Below, in pieces: positions 31,213 through 42,200 of a stretch of DNA of 64,000 bases. Under the pieces are notes generated by a model. It was not told where the DNA came from. It worked only from the letters and a program-made list of their open reading frames with translations, and did not search any database. The position numbers were made by a program, and so were the translations under genes. Numbering within the stretch: position 1 is the first letter of the stretch; the number at the start of each line of letters is the position of its first letter. Source of the DNA: an uncultured Bacteroides sp. (lineage in GTDB: Bacteria; Bacteroidota; Bacteroidia; Bacteroidales; Muribaculaceae); NCBI GenBank assembly GCA_964653375.1, contig CAZZFD010000001.1:60503-124502 (forward strand), written 5' to 3'.

Positions 31213-32291
31213 CCGTGCGATGCGCGATGATATAGGATTATAGCGATAATAGTGTAGATAAAATTCGGTATCCACATAGCAACGACAGGCGAAGTCAAGC
31301 CCGAAACGGCAAATGATGAAGTCACAGTCATAAAGAGAATGTAGCTGAAACTCAACACCAATCCGATACCGATATTTACGCCCATTCCACCTTTGACTTT
31401 TTTTGATGACAGTGACATGCCTATCACCGTGAGTATAAATGCGGCCGCAGTCATGGCGAACCGGCGACTGTATTCGATTTCAAATGATTTGATATTTGCT
31501 ACCCCACGGTCTTTCTGGCGGGATATGTATTCGCTTAATTTAGGAGAAGTCATGGTCTCATGGTCGTTAATACCTATGAGGAAGTCACGCGGTTCCATTG
31601 CGATGGTTGTGTCGAGACGGTTGCCACGGGTTATTATTTCTCGGTTGCCGACAAAATCGCGAATCATATAATTGCGTACCTGCCATCGGTGCAGTGTGTC
31701 GTAGCGGATAGTCTGGGCTGTCAGGCGCGAAACAAGTTTTTTATCCTTGAATGTTTCGAGTGAAAATTTATAGCCGGTGCGTTGCTTGTCATCGTATCGG
31801 GTGATATAGGCTATGGTTCCGGGTTGTACCTGCATCTGTATGTTCACTCCATATTCCACTTTTCTGTCGCGTACGTACGTATTCAGATAATCAAGACGCT
31901 TGACATTGGCCGGCGGTATTATATATGCGCTGAGCACATAGGTGCAGATAGCTATTAATGTGGCAGAGATCATGTAGGGACGCAACAGTCGCGGAAAACT
32001 GACGCCTGAGGATAAAATTGCTATAATCTCAGAGTTATCTGCCAATTTCGATGTAAAAAATATTACAGCTATAAATGTAAAGAGTGGTCCGAATTGATTG
32101 GCAAAATATGGCAGAAAGTTTAGAAAGTAATCAAAAAGAGTGGCTCGCAACGGAGCTTTCATAAACGAGTCGAGTTTCTCATTGATGTCAAACATTATGG
32201 TTATGGCAAGAATGAGCATGATGGCAAATAAATATGTGCCAAGAAACTTGCGAATGATATATAGGTCTAATATTTTTAGCGGTCGGCGCAC
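31209..32291 (-). CDS. LptF/LptG-family LPS export permease
   Basis: LDLYIIRKFL, NSEIIAILSSGVS and WIPN. Confidence 0.9.
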   Translation of the reverse strand: MRRPLKILDLYIIRKFLGTYLFAIMLILAITIMFDINEKLDSFMKAPLRATLFDYFLNFLPYFANQFGPLFTFIAVIFFTSKLADNSEIIAILSSGVSFPRLLRPYMISATLIAICTYVLSAYIIPPANVKRLDYLNTYVRDRKVEYGVNIQMQVQPGTIAYITRYDDKQRTGYKFSLETFKDKKLVSRLTAQTIRYDTLHRWQVRNYMIRDFVGNREIITRGNRLDTTIAMEPRDFLIGINDHETMTSPKLSEYISRQKDRGVANIKSFEIEYSRRFAMTAAAFILTVIGMSLSSKKVKGGMGVNIGIGLVLSFSYILFMTVTSSFAVSGLTSPVVAMWIPNFIYTIIAIILYHRASHG

Positions 32292-32319
32292 GTGATTCTG
32301 ATTCTTTCTGAAATATTAA

Positions 32320-33450
32320 TTACAATCGGCGGTTGATATTCTCAAGCATATTGACTTTCCATGTGGTGAAGTCGCCTTCGATGATATGGCGCCGGGCTTC
32401 ACGTGTGAGCCACAGATAGAAAGCAAGATTATGTATTGATGCTATCTGCATGGCAAGTAATTCATCGGCGATAAAAAGATGGCGAAGATATGCTTTACTG
32501 TATGCACGATCTACATAGCTTGGTCCGTCTTCTTGAATTGGCGAAAAATCATCAGCCCATTTTTTATTTCGCATATTCATAGTGCCGTGAGCAGTGAAGA
32601 GCATACCGTTACGACCGTTGCGCGTGGGCATCACGCAGTCCATCATATCCACACCGCGGTCAATCGCTTCAAGAATATTGGCGGGAGTACCTACGCCCAT
32701 CAGATAGCGGGGTTTGTCAGCAGGCAGAATTTCGTTGACCACTTCTATCATTTCATACATCACTTCGGTCGGTTCTCCCACAGCAAGACCACCTATGGCA
32801 TTTCCATCGGCTCCGAAATCCGCCACATATTTGGCTGATTCACGGCGTAAATCAGGATATTTAACACCTTGTACTATAGGGAAAAATGCTTGGGAATAGC
32901 CATATAGTCCTTCTGTTGATTTATATCGGTCCCACCCTCGTTTAAGCCACCTGTGTGTCAGACCAAGTGATTTTTTAGCATAGCTATAATCGGAATTACC
33001 CGGCGGACATTCATCAAGAGCCATCATAATATCGGCACCGATTATGCGCTCGATATCTACTACTCCTTCAGGGGTAAAAAGATGTTTGGAGCCATCAATG
33101 TGTGATCGGAAATGCGCTCCCTCTTCGGTGAGTTTCCTGCGGTCGGAGAGTGAAAACACTTGAAAGCCACCGCTATCGGTAAGAATAGGACGTGTCCAAC
33201 CGCTAAATTTATGCAACCCTCCGGCACGATAGAGGATGTCTGTACCCGGACGCAGATATAAATGGTAGGTATTACCCAAGATGATTTGTGCTTTCACATC
33301 ATCTTCCAGCTCATGACGATGCACCCCTTTGACGCTACCGAGCGTTCCCACCGGCATAAATACAGGTGTGAGAATTTTACCGTGGGCAGTGGTGATTTCA
33401 CCGGCGCGGGCATTGGAGCCTTCTGCAGTGGCTTGAAGTTTGAAGTCCAT
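32320..33450 (-). CDS. tgt: tRNA-guanine transglycosylase
   Basis: TPVFMPVGT, NTYHL, TDSGGFQ and DCVMPTRNGR. Confidence 0.96.
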   Translation of the reverse strand: MDFKLQATAEGSNARAGEITTAHGKILTPVFMPVGTLGSVKGVHRHELEDDVKAQIILGNTYHLYLRPGTDILYRAGGLHKFSGWTRPILTDSGGFQVFSLSDRRKLTEEGAHFRSHIDGSKHLFTPEGVVDIERIIGADIMMALDECPPGNSDYSYAKKSLGLTHRWLKRGWDRYKSTEGLYGYSQAFFPIVQGVKYPDLRRESAKYVADFGADGNAIGGLAVGEPTEVMYEMIEVVNEILPADKPRYLMGVGTPANILEAIDRGVDMMDCVMPTRNGRNGMLFTAHGTMNMRNKKWADDFSPIQEDGPSYVDRAYSKAYLRHLFIADELLAMQIASIHNLAFYLWLTREARRHIIEGDFTTWKVNMLENINRRL

Positions 33451-33454
33451 GGTG

Positions 33455-33486
33455 CAAAATTACAGAATTTTCCCCTCAGATGCAAA
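33455..33486 (-). promoter_or_regulatory. promoter of tgt (near-leaderless)
   Basis: Minus-strand TTTG-N20-TAATTTTG ends 4 nt before the ATG. Confidence 0.6.
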
Positions 33487-33500
33487 AAGCGTAGTTCTAA

Positions 33501-33899
33501 TTAGCTTATGCCTATGAGTTCTATTTCGAAAATAAGTGTTGAGCCACCTGGAATACCTGGTTGGGAAAATTTACCGTATCCCATTTCGGCCGGGATATAA
33601 ATTTCCCATTTATCACCTATATGCATCTGCTGGAGGGCAATAATCCACCCTTGGATTAGTTCCCGGAGTCGAATGGCCAATGGTGCCCCTCCACGGCTGC
33701 TGTCAAATTTTTTGCCATTGATTGTGCGTCCGGTATAGTGTGCCACGATGATACTGTTGCGATTAGGCGTTTCTCCCTCGGCTTTGCCTGAGGATAAAAC
33801 CTTATAGAATATGCCTTTGTCAAGTGGTTTAACTCCCGGTTCCTGAGCTTTGAGTTGTAGCCACTCTTTGTTTTTTTGGATATAATCTTTGTTGGCCAT
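33501..33899 (-). CDS. FKBP-type peptidyl-prolyl isomerase
   Basis: HYTG...FDSS, LIQGW and GYG...IPGGSTLIFEIEL. Start MANKDY at 33899. Confidence 0.9.
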   Translation of the reverse strand: MANKDYIQKNKEWLQLKAQEPGVKPLDKGIFYKVLSSGKAEGETPNRNSIIVAHYTGRTINGKKFDSSRGGAPLAIRLRELIQGWIIALQQMHIGDKWEIYIPAEMGYGKFSQPGIPGGSTLIFEIELIGIS

Positions 33900-33963
33900 A
33901 TAGCAGATATAAATCGGACATCTCCCAAGATGAGAGATGCCCGTGATATTAGTTATGGGGGAT

Positions 33964-34869
33964 TTAGAATAATTTTTCCGGATAAGTACCGTCGGCATGA
34001 AGTGCGGCAAATTTTTCTACTACACCGGGACGATCGGCAGCGTAGGTGACACCAAACCATTTTGAGTCAGTGTCAAGTACTTTCACCGTGGCCTCACCAT
34101 TTTTGATGAGTGAGTCGATACACAGGGGAATAAAGAATTCGGATTTAGGTGTATTGATGTCGCGGTCAAGGAATTTTTTGAATTCGCGCTCGCTGTAGTC
34201 GAAATAATCGGGAGTGAAGCCCCAGAGATTCATAGATACGGGAGTAGCTGGATCAAGTGTTTGAACTTCACCGTTTTCATCTGTAAAGGTGATTCTGTGT
34301 TCGGGATCGTAGCTTATGGCAGTGCGTTCGGTCACGCCGGTGAGGTGACCGTCGGCGGAGGTTGTACATACCCCACGAGCCACGGAGCCGTTTTCAGTCA
34401 TGGTGTTGCCTACGCGGAAACCAACCATACAGTAGTCGCCCTTGCGGTCATGTTCGCGGGAGAGTTCTCGGGCAATAACTTCAAATGCGTTACGGCCATA
34501 AAAGTCATCGGCATTGATTACGGCAAATGGTTCTTTAATGGCATTTTTGCCCATCATTACGGCGTGGTTGGTACCCCACGGTTTGGTGCGGTCAGCAGGA
34601 CAAGTATATCCCTCAGGCAAGGCATCGGTTGATTGGAATACCACTTCCACGGGGATTACTCCTTCATATTTTTTCAATACTATATTGCGGAAATCTTCTT
34701 CAAAGTCTTTGCGAATCACAAACACTACTTTGCCAAAGCCTGCTTTTACGGCATCGTAGATTGAATAGTCCATGATGGTTTCACCGTGAGGGCCGAGTTT
34801 GTCAAGTTGTTTCAGACCTCCGTAACGGCTGCCCATACCGGCAGCGAGTACAAAAAGAGTTGGTTTCAT
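33964..34869 (-). CDS. sugar-phosphate nucleotidyltransferase family protein
   Basis: LAAGMGSRYGGLKQ, KPWGT and INADDFYG. Confidence 0.88.
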   Translation of the reverse strand: MKPTLFVLAAGMGSRYGGLKQLDKLGPHGETIMDYSIYDAVKAGFGKVVFVIRKDFEEDFRNIVLKKYEGVIPVEVVFQSTDALPEGYTCPADRTKPWGTNHAVMMGKNAIKEPFAVINADDFYGRNAFEVIARELSREHDRKGDYCMVGFRVGNTMTENGSVARGVCTTSADGHLTGVTERTAISYDPEHRITFTDENGEVQTLDPATPVSMNLWGFTPDYFDYSEREFKKFLDRDINTPKSEFFIPLCIDSLIKNGEATVKVLDTDSKWFGVTYAADRPGVVEKFAALHADGTYPEKLF

Positions 34870-34887
34870 ATTTAAGAATAGTTTGGA

Positions 34888-35931
34888 TTATTCAGGAAGG
34901 AATTGGAATGAAATTTTCTGGTTATATTTTTCTCCGGGATACAGTTGAGATGTGGGGAAGTCGGCATGATTGGGAGAATCGGGCATTAATTGACATTCTA
35001 TAGCCACACCATCGTAGTCATTGTATGAGCGACCTTCTTTGTTGACCGGAGATCCGGCAAGCCAGTTGCCGGTATATACCTGAGCGGCAGGTTGAGTGGT
35101 GCTCACTTTAAGTACACGGCCGGATTTGGGTGCTTTGAGTGTGGCAACGTGTTTCATGGTACCCTTGACATAATTATCGATTACCCAACAGTTGTCATAA
35201 CCTTTGCCATAAACCAGTGCAGGGAAGTCGACTTTGATATCTTTGCCGATAACTTTTGGTGTAGTGAAATCCATGGGAGTATTCGTTACGGTAGCCATTT
35301 CTCCGGTAGGGATAAGGGTATCGTCAGTGGGAAGGTAGCGTGATGCATCTATCCATAATGTATGGTCAAGTACTGAGCCGGAGTTATGTCCGTCAAGATT
35401 CCAATAGCAATGGTTGGTGAGGTTTACTACAGTGGGAGCGTCGGTAGTAGCGGTCAGAGAGAGCGTGAGAGTGCAGTCATCGCTCCAATGATACCGTGCT
35501 TCGGCATTGAGGGTGCCGGGATAATTCTCTTCACCATCAGCTGACGTATAACTGAAAATGACATCTTCGTTTTCGACACGACTTTCCCAGACTTGGTTTT
35601 GAAAACCTTCCGGGCCACCGTGCAAGGCATTCGGACCGTTGTTGATTGCAAGTTGATATGTGTGCCCATCTACAACAAGGTGACCGCGCGCTATACGGTT
35701 GGCAAATCTTCCGGGTACTTTTCCGGCGCAAGGACCATCGGCGAAATAATCCACCGGATTTCGGTATCCTAAAGCTACATCTTCCATTTTGCCATCTTTG
35801 TCAGGCACAATTACGCTGACTATGCCTGCACCGAGAGTTGACAATGTCACCATGGCGCCTATTTTATTTGTGATAGTGTAGAGCGTGATATCGCCTTTGG
35901 GCGAGTTTACCGTTTGTTTTTTTATTTCCAT
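34888..35931 (-). CDS. galM: aldose 1-epimerase (galactose mutarotase)
   Basis: GRFANRI, LHGG, NLTNHCYWNL and GYDNCW. Confidence 0.9.
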   Translation of the reverse strand: MEIKKQTVNSPKGDITLYTITNKIGAMVTLSTLGAGIVSVIVPDKDGKMEDVALGYRNPVDYFADGPCAGKVPGRFANRIARGHLVVDGHTYQLAINNGPNALHGGPEGFQNQVWESRVENEDVIFSYTSADGEENYPGTLNAEARYHWSDDCTLTLSLTATTDAPTVVNLTNHCYWNLDGHNSGSVLDHTLWIDASRYLPTDDTLIPTGEMATVTNTPMDFTTPKVIGKDIKVDFPALVYGKGYDNCWVIDNYVKGTMKHVATLKAPKSGRVLKVSTTQPAAQVYTGNWLAGSPVNKEGRSYNDYDGVAIECQLMPDSPNHADFPTSQLYPGEKYNQKISFQFLPE

Positions 35932-36156
35932 TTTTCTTGTGGTATTATATTTTTCACAAACTTAGCGAAAAAACTTTAATTGCGCTACTATAGGAGTAAG
36001 AATTTTCTTGATAGCCTTATGCTTGGTAGGTTTATGCCAATATGACTTGGGATTCGGTAATTTTTTGGTGCTGTAAAAGATATTTAACGGTACTTAAGTC
36101 CGTAAATAGATTTATTGAGGTTTTATATTGGCGAATTATTTTGTAACTTTGTCAAT

Positions 36157-36714
36157 ATGAAACCTTCCTATAAACCATCAGTACTATCCAGTGAGTATCT
36201 TTTTAATCGTCCATGGCTTACGGCACGAAAAGATGTGCTCCAATTGCCTGACGGACGTTTGGTGCCAGAGTTTTATGTTCTCGAATATCCTGCGTGGGTC
36301 AATGTAATTGCCATTAATCGTGAGGGTAATTTCGTAATGGTGCGTCAATGGCGTCATGGACTGGGTGTGTTGAGTACCGAGCTATGTGCCGGGGTGGTGG
36401 AAGAAGGAGAGGAGCCGCTGGATGCCGCTCGCCGTGAGTTGCTTGAAGAGACAGGCTATTCGGGTGGCAAGTGGACGTTGCAGTGTGTAATCAGTGCTAA
36501 TCCGTCAACTACTAATAATCTTACATATTGTTATCTTGCGGAAGGGGTGGAATTGACTTCTACGCAGCATCTTGATCCAACAGAAAGTGTGGAGGTGCTT
36601 GTGCTTACACAGGAAGAATTATTTGCCATGATGGAGGCTGACGAGATGAAGCAGTCATTGATGCTTGCTCCGCTTTGGAGATATTTTTATTACAAGTTGA
36701 AGGAGCGCAAATAG
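36157..36714 (+). CDS. NUDIX hydrolase
   Basis: Nudix box GVVEEGEEPLDAARRELLEETG; ATG at 36157 follows TAACTTTG (36144-36151). Confidence 0.9.
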   Translation: MKPSYKPSVLSSEYLFNRPWLTARKDVLQLPDGRLVPEFYVLEYPAWVNVIAINREGNFVMVRQWRHGLGVLSTELCAGVVEEGEEPLDAARRELLEETGYSGGKWTLQCVISANPSTTNNLTYCYLAEGVELTSTQHLDPTESVEVLVLTQEELFAMMEADEMKQSLMLAPLWRYFYYKLKERK

Positions 36715-36719
36715 GGATT

Positions 36720-39197
36720 ATGCTTTATGCTGAAGTGATATTGCCACTGCCGCTTAATACACGGTTTACTTATCGTGTTGTTGACACTCAGGCTTCGTTG
36801 GTGAAAGTTGGTAGCCGGGTGATAGTGCCGTTTGGTGCTAAAAAATTTTATACGGCGATTGTCACCGCGTTAACCCGTGTCAAACCTGAGGGTTTTGATG
36901 TCAAGGATATAAGCATGGTGCTTGATGATGCTCCGGTGGTGATACGTCCGCAGGTTCAACTTTGGGATTGGGTGGCGGATTACTATATGTGTGCTGTTGG
37001 TGATGTGATGAAAGCCGCGCTCCCTGCCGGCCTTAAGGTGGAAAGTGAAACATTTGTGGAACTTTCACCAGATTTTGACGATGACAGGTCAATGTCCTGT
37101 GTCGGAGCGCGGGAGGTGGCTGTGATTCAGCAGTTGGTACATGAAGGCAAACCTTTGAGCGTGGCTCAGATAGAGAAGGCTACCGGATTTACCGGCGTCA
37201 GCGCATTGGTGAGCAGAATGATTGATGCCGGATATCTGGTCGTGTCGGAAAAGATTGTTGAACGTTATGTGGCCAAGAAGGTGACTTGTGTGCGTGTGAC
37301 TCTTCCGCGAGATGATGCTGAAGCGTTGCATAGTGCTTTTGAATCACTAAAGCAGGCTTCGCGACAGCAACAGGCATTTATGGCTTTGCTTGAGATGTCG
37401 GGATTTATGCGTCGGCGTGAGCAAATATCGGAGGTAGATATCACATCTTTACAGGAGCGTACAGGTGTGTCCCGTCAGATTCTTAATGAATTGCAGCGCA
37501 GGGGGTATATCGAAATTTATAAAAAAGAGATTAATCGCTTTAAGCAATCAGGTAGTGCCGACGGGGTATTGCCCATTCTTAGCGAAGCACAGAATAAGGC
37601 TCTGAAAGAGATACACAATTCCTGGCTTGAAAAAGATGTGACTTTGCTTCATGGTGTTACCTCAAGTGGCAAAACTGAAATATATATTCATCTGATTGAT
37701 TCAGTGATGAAGCGCGGACGTCAGGTGCTCTATTTGGTACCGGAAATAGCTTTGACAACCCAACTCACCGCTCGACTTCAGCGTGTGTTCGGAGATAAGG
37801 TGATCATATATCATTCGAAATTCTCTGACAATGAGCGTGTAGACCTCTGGCGTAAAGTGCTCGGCAGTAAAGGCCCAGTTGTAGTGGTGGGTGCGCGTTC
37901 AGCCATATTCCTTCCATTTTTTGATCTTGGATTGGTGATAGTAGATGAGGAGCATGAGACCAGTTATAAGCAGCAAGATCCGGCTCCGCGTTATAACGGG
38001 CGTGATGCTTCGATGGTGCTTGCGCGTATGCATGGCGCCAAGACTTTACTTGGCAGTGCAACTCCGGCCATCGATACTTATTATAAGGCTACTACCGGAC
38101 GATATGGCCTTGTTACACTTACCGAGCGTTATTCCGGAGTCTGTCTTCCTGAAATCGAGATGATAGATCTGACAAAAGTCCGTAAAATCACTAAGGTTCG
38201 CGGTGGACTGTCGCCACGAGCTGAGGAATTGGTGCATAAGGCATTGACAGATCATAAACAAGCCATGGTGTTTCTAAATCGCCGTGGTTTTGCTCCCGTG
38301 GCGGTTTGTAAGCAATGTGCATGGACTCCCAAGTGTGAATGTTGTGATGTGACACTGACTTATCATAAGCGTATTGATCGTCTGGTGTGTCATTATTGTG
38401 GTGCGCTTTATCCGTTGCCTGTCACTTGTCCCAACTGCAAGGAACCGGCAATAGAAGTCTTTGGTTATGGTACGGAACGAATGGAAGATGATATCGACCA
38501 TGTGTTTGCCGATGCGAAAGTGCTTCGAATGGATCTTGATACTACCCGTAGTAAAGATGATTATCAAAACATCATTGAGTCTTTTTCGCAAAAAAAAGCG
38601 GATATTTTGGTGGGGACTCAGATGATAACCAAAGGACTTGATTTTGATAATGTGATGGTGGCGGTTATAGTTAATGCCGATACTATGATTAACCAGCCTG
38701 ATTTCCGTGCATCTGAACGTGCTTTCAATATGTTGATGCAAGTGTCGGGAAGGGCAGGGCGCCGCAGCGAGCGTGGTACAGTGGCTCTGCAGACAGCTCA
38801 GCCGGATCACCCCCTGCTACAATATCTGCTCAGTCATGATTACCAGGGATATTATGAAATGGAGCTGGCTGAGAGACGTAAGTTTAATTATCCGCCGTAT
38901 ACTAAAGTGATAAATATTTATATCAAGCATCGCGAGCGGGAAATGGCAGAGGAGTTGTCTATTGCTTATGGTCATCGGTTACGGGAATTATTTGGCAATC
39001 GTGTTTTCGGCCCGGAAGAACCGGCAGTGGGTCGTGTACAGTCATTGTTTATCAGAAAAATCATGCTAAAAGTCGAGGTTAACGCTTCGATGCCTAAAGT
39101 GAAAGAAATTTTGCGTTCAGTGACCGAAGAGATGCACGCCCGAAAAATTCGCGGAGTGAAATCCGCTTTAGTGTATTTCGATGTAGATCCATATTAA
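36720..39197 (+). CDS. priA: primosomal protein N'
   Basis: HGVTSSGKTE, VDEEH, four CxxC pairs, GTQMITKGLD and terminal DVDP. Confidence 0.95.
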   Translation: MLYAEVILPLPLNTRFTYRVVDTQASLVKVGSRVIVPFGAKKFYTAIVTALTRVKPEGFDVKDISMVLDDAPVVIRPQVQLWDWVADYYMCAVGDVMKAALPAGLKVESETFVELSPDFDDDRSMSCVGAREVAVIQQLVHEGKPLSVAQIEKATGFTGVSALVSRMIDAGYLVVSEKIVERYVAKKVTCVRVTLPRDDAEALHSAFESLKQASRQQQAFMALLEMSGFMRRREQISEVDITSLQERTGVSRQILNELQRRGYIEIYKKEINRFKQSGSADGVLPILSEAQNKALKEIHNSWLEKDVTLLHGVTSSGKTEIYIHLIDSVMKRGRQVLYLVPEIALTTQLTARLQRVFGDKVIIYHSKFSDNERVDLWRKVLGSKGPVVVVGARSAIFLPFFDLGLVIVDEEHETSYKQQDPAPRYNGRDASMVLARMHGAKTLLGSATPAIDTYYKATTGRYGLVTLTERYSGVCLPEIEMIDLTKVRKITKVRGGLSPRAEELVHKALTDHKQAMVFLNRRGFAPVAVCKQCAWTPKCECCDVTLTYHKRIDRLVCHYCGALYPLPVTCPNCKEPAIEVFGYGTERMEDDIDHVFADAKVLRMDLDTTRSKDDYQNIIESFSQKKADILVGTQMITKGLDFDNVMVAVIVNADTMINQPDFRASERAFNMLMQVSGRAGRRSERGTVALQTAQPDHPLLQYLLSHDYQGYYEMELAERRKFNYPPYTKVINIYIKHREREMAEELSIAYGHRLRELFGNRVFGPEEPAVGRVQSLFIRKIMLKVEVNASMPKVKEILRSVTEEMHARKIRGVKSALVYFDVDPY

Positions 39198-39221
39198 AAA
39201 AACGGCTAACTTTGCATTGAG

Positions 39222-42200
39222 ATGAAATGGATATATAAGTCGGTTCGAGCCATTATTATGGTGTTATTGGTACTGATATTTTTGGTGCCGTCAGGCTTAT
39301 ATATAGCTTTGTCGATGAGTGGAGTACAGACGGCTATACGAGATATGGCTGAAAGTGAGTTGACAAAGCTCCTCGGTGTGGAAGTAACTATCAATGATGT
39401 ATCCATCACACCGTTCAATCGTGTGAAATTATATGGTGTCAAAGTGAAGGATGCCTACGGGAATCATGCTCTTGAGGTGAAAAAACTTGGTGCGGGCATG
39501 AGTTTGTGGAGTTATATCACTCAAGGTCAGGTGGAGCTGAGCTATGCGGAAATCATAGGTATGAAAGCTCGGATATATAAATCATCACCTGATTCGCAAC
39601 TTAATATTCAGCCTATTATCGATATTCTTTCCTCAAAAGATTCTGATAAACCGGAAAGCAAGTTTGATTTTCGTATCAATACTGTGGTGATACGAGGCGG
39701 TGAGGTGTCATACGATGTGATAAGCGAGCCCGAGCAAACCGGACGTTTTTCGCCCGATCATGTCCATATTGCAGCATTCAATGCCGATATTCAGTTGCCT
39801 GTGATTCGTAATGATGAATTTAACGTTAAAATTCGTCGTTTTTCTTTCCAGGAGCGTTTGTCAGGATTCGAACTCCAGGATTTTTCCGGATTATTTCATC
39901 TGTCGGATACTGTTGCCTCAGTTTCTGATTTGTCTATCAGGCTGCCCAATTCATTGATTGCTTTTCGGGATATGCGGCTTGAGTATGATTCACTTAAATG
40001 CCTGCCAGAAGAAATATCAGCTATACCTTTCAGCGTGGCTTTGCTGTCGCAGAGTTATCTCACTCCGACTGATTTGAAAGCGTTTGAGCCCGGACTTGCG
40101 CCATTTGACCGACCGTTGGACTTATTGGCTGAAGTGGAAGGCGTTGCCGGTAAATCTGTCAATGTTTCGGTTTCTTTTAATCGCCCCGGAGAGCTTTCTT
40201 TGCGTCTTAAGGGTTTGGTTAACGATCCGGTTCATGCTGCCGATATGACTTTTGCTGTCAAGGATTTTGCTTTAGATATCTCAGGTGCGCTTCCCGAAAG
40301 ATATCCGGCATTGAATCTTGACGATAAGTTGAGTAAAATACTCAACAATGCGGAATCGATTAGAATAACAGCTTCGGCTTCGGGGGCGGTGTCTGATTTT
40401 AAGGTAAATTCCGTTGTCGATATGGCATCGGCTCAAATTATTGCAGATGCTCATTTTCAAAAAGAGGTGCGAGATTATGTTGTAACCGGTTCAGTCAATG
40501 TCAATGATGCTAATATTCAGTCACTTTTGTCCGGAGTGGCATCACGTGAGTATCTGCCATCAATGATATATGCAACTATTGATTATGCATTTCGGGGAGC
40601 CGGTAAAGATATGTCCGGAAAAGCAGAAGTGAATATATCCGAAATGATATATCGCGATAATATGTTTCGAGATATATCCCTTGATGTAAAAAAGATTCAT
40701 GATAATTATATAGTTGATTTTCAATCGAGAAATCCTATGTTGGATTGCGGGTTGAATGTTGATGCCATATATGGGTCGGCAGATTCACGGTTGAACTTGA
40801 CCGCAAATGTCACTGATGTGGATTTGGGTCGGCTTGTGCCACACATTCCGTTTAATGATTTGTCGGGAATCGTCGATATTAAGGTGAATGGTAGCGATAT
40901 GGATCATCTGCAGGGATATGTCAATTTAAGCGGGCTGAAAATGACTAAGACAGATGGGTTGGAAGTTCGCCTGGATACATTGTCGCTGGTATGTAATCGT
41001 GATGATGATAATGTATTGATTACATTGAATAGCGATATAGCAGATGGAGAGTTGCGTGGTACTTGCCATATTTCCACGTTACTGCCTATATGTCGTGAGC
41101 TTGTCTCAAATGTGATGCCGGTATTGGATAGGCCTGAGATGGTGAGGGATATTAACCTGTTTGATACACCTCATAAGGACAATGATGTGATTATAGGGCT
41201 GAGGATAAAAGATTCTTCTCCGCTTGAGGCTTTTGCAAAATTGCCTGTAAGAGTGATTTATCCCGTAGATGTATCCGCTCGTGTGAATAGCGGTCAAAAG
41301 CAGATGGATTTTACACTAACAGCACCTTATCTCCAGCAGGGTAATAAACTCATAGAGGATACAAAGGTTATAGCTTCACTTAGTGGTAGTTCGGATTCAC
41401 TTGATAGCGCTAATGCGCAATTGTCGTTCAGCACTTTGATGCCTACAAAAAAAGGTATGATGAAAATCTCTGACCGTATGTCGGTGATGGATAACACAAT
41501 CAATAATAATTTTTCATTTAAGATTGATTGTGACCGTCAGTTTTCAGGTTCACTTAAAATGATGGCATTGTTAAGTCGGAATGATGCCGACGCTATAGTT
41601 ACTGATCTGAATATAGGTAGAAGCAACATGGTGTTTAACGATACATCATGGACTGTGAATCCATCGCATATTTCATTGGTAGATAAAACACTGACTATTG
41701 ATGATTTTAAGGCTGATCGTGAGGGCCAGAGTATAATGATTGCAGGTAAGTCTACGGCTTTACCTGACGATAGTATAACTGTTACTCTTGATAATGTCAA
41801 TCTTGACTATGTATTTGAGACACTGAATATTCCTAATGTTACTTTTGGTGGTAACGCTACCGGTAAGTTGTATGCCAAACAGGTACTTACATCTGAACCA
41901 ATAGCATATACGCCGAAGCTCGATGTACAACGGTTGAAATATAATTATTCGCTTTTGGGTGATGGTGTCATCAAGTCACGTTGGAATACTCCCGAAAAAG
42001 CCGTAGAGCTTAACGTGACGATAAATCAAGATAACGGACGCACTACCTATGTGGATGGCAGGATAAAACCGGTGGCTGATTCTCTTGACCTGCGTTTTGA
42101 TGCCGATAAGGTGCCGATAGGGTTCTTGAGCCCGATAATGTCGGCTTTCGCTACTGAGGTGGCGGGTGAGGCTACGGGTGACGTACATCTGTGGGGTACC

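Noticed and set aside
33917-33942. Hairpin between the nucleotidyltransferase and FKBP genes
   Set aside because: Ordinary intra-operon stem or weak terminator with no further supporting features.
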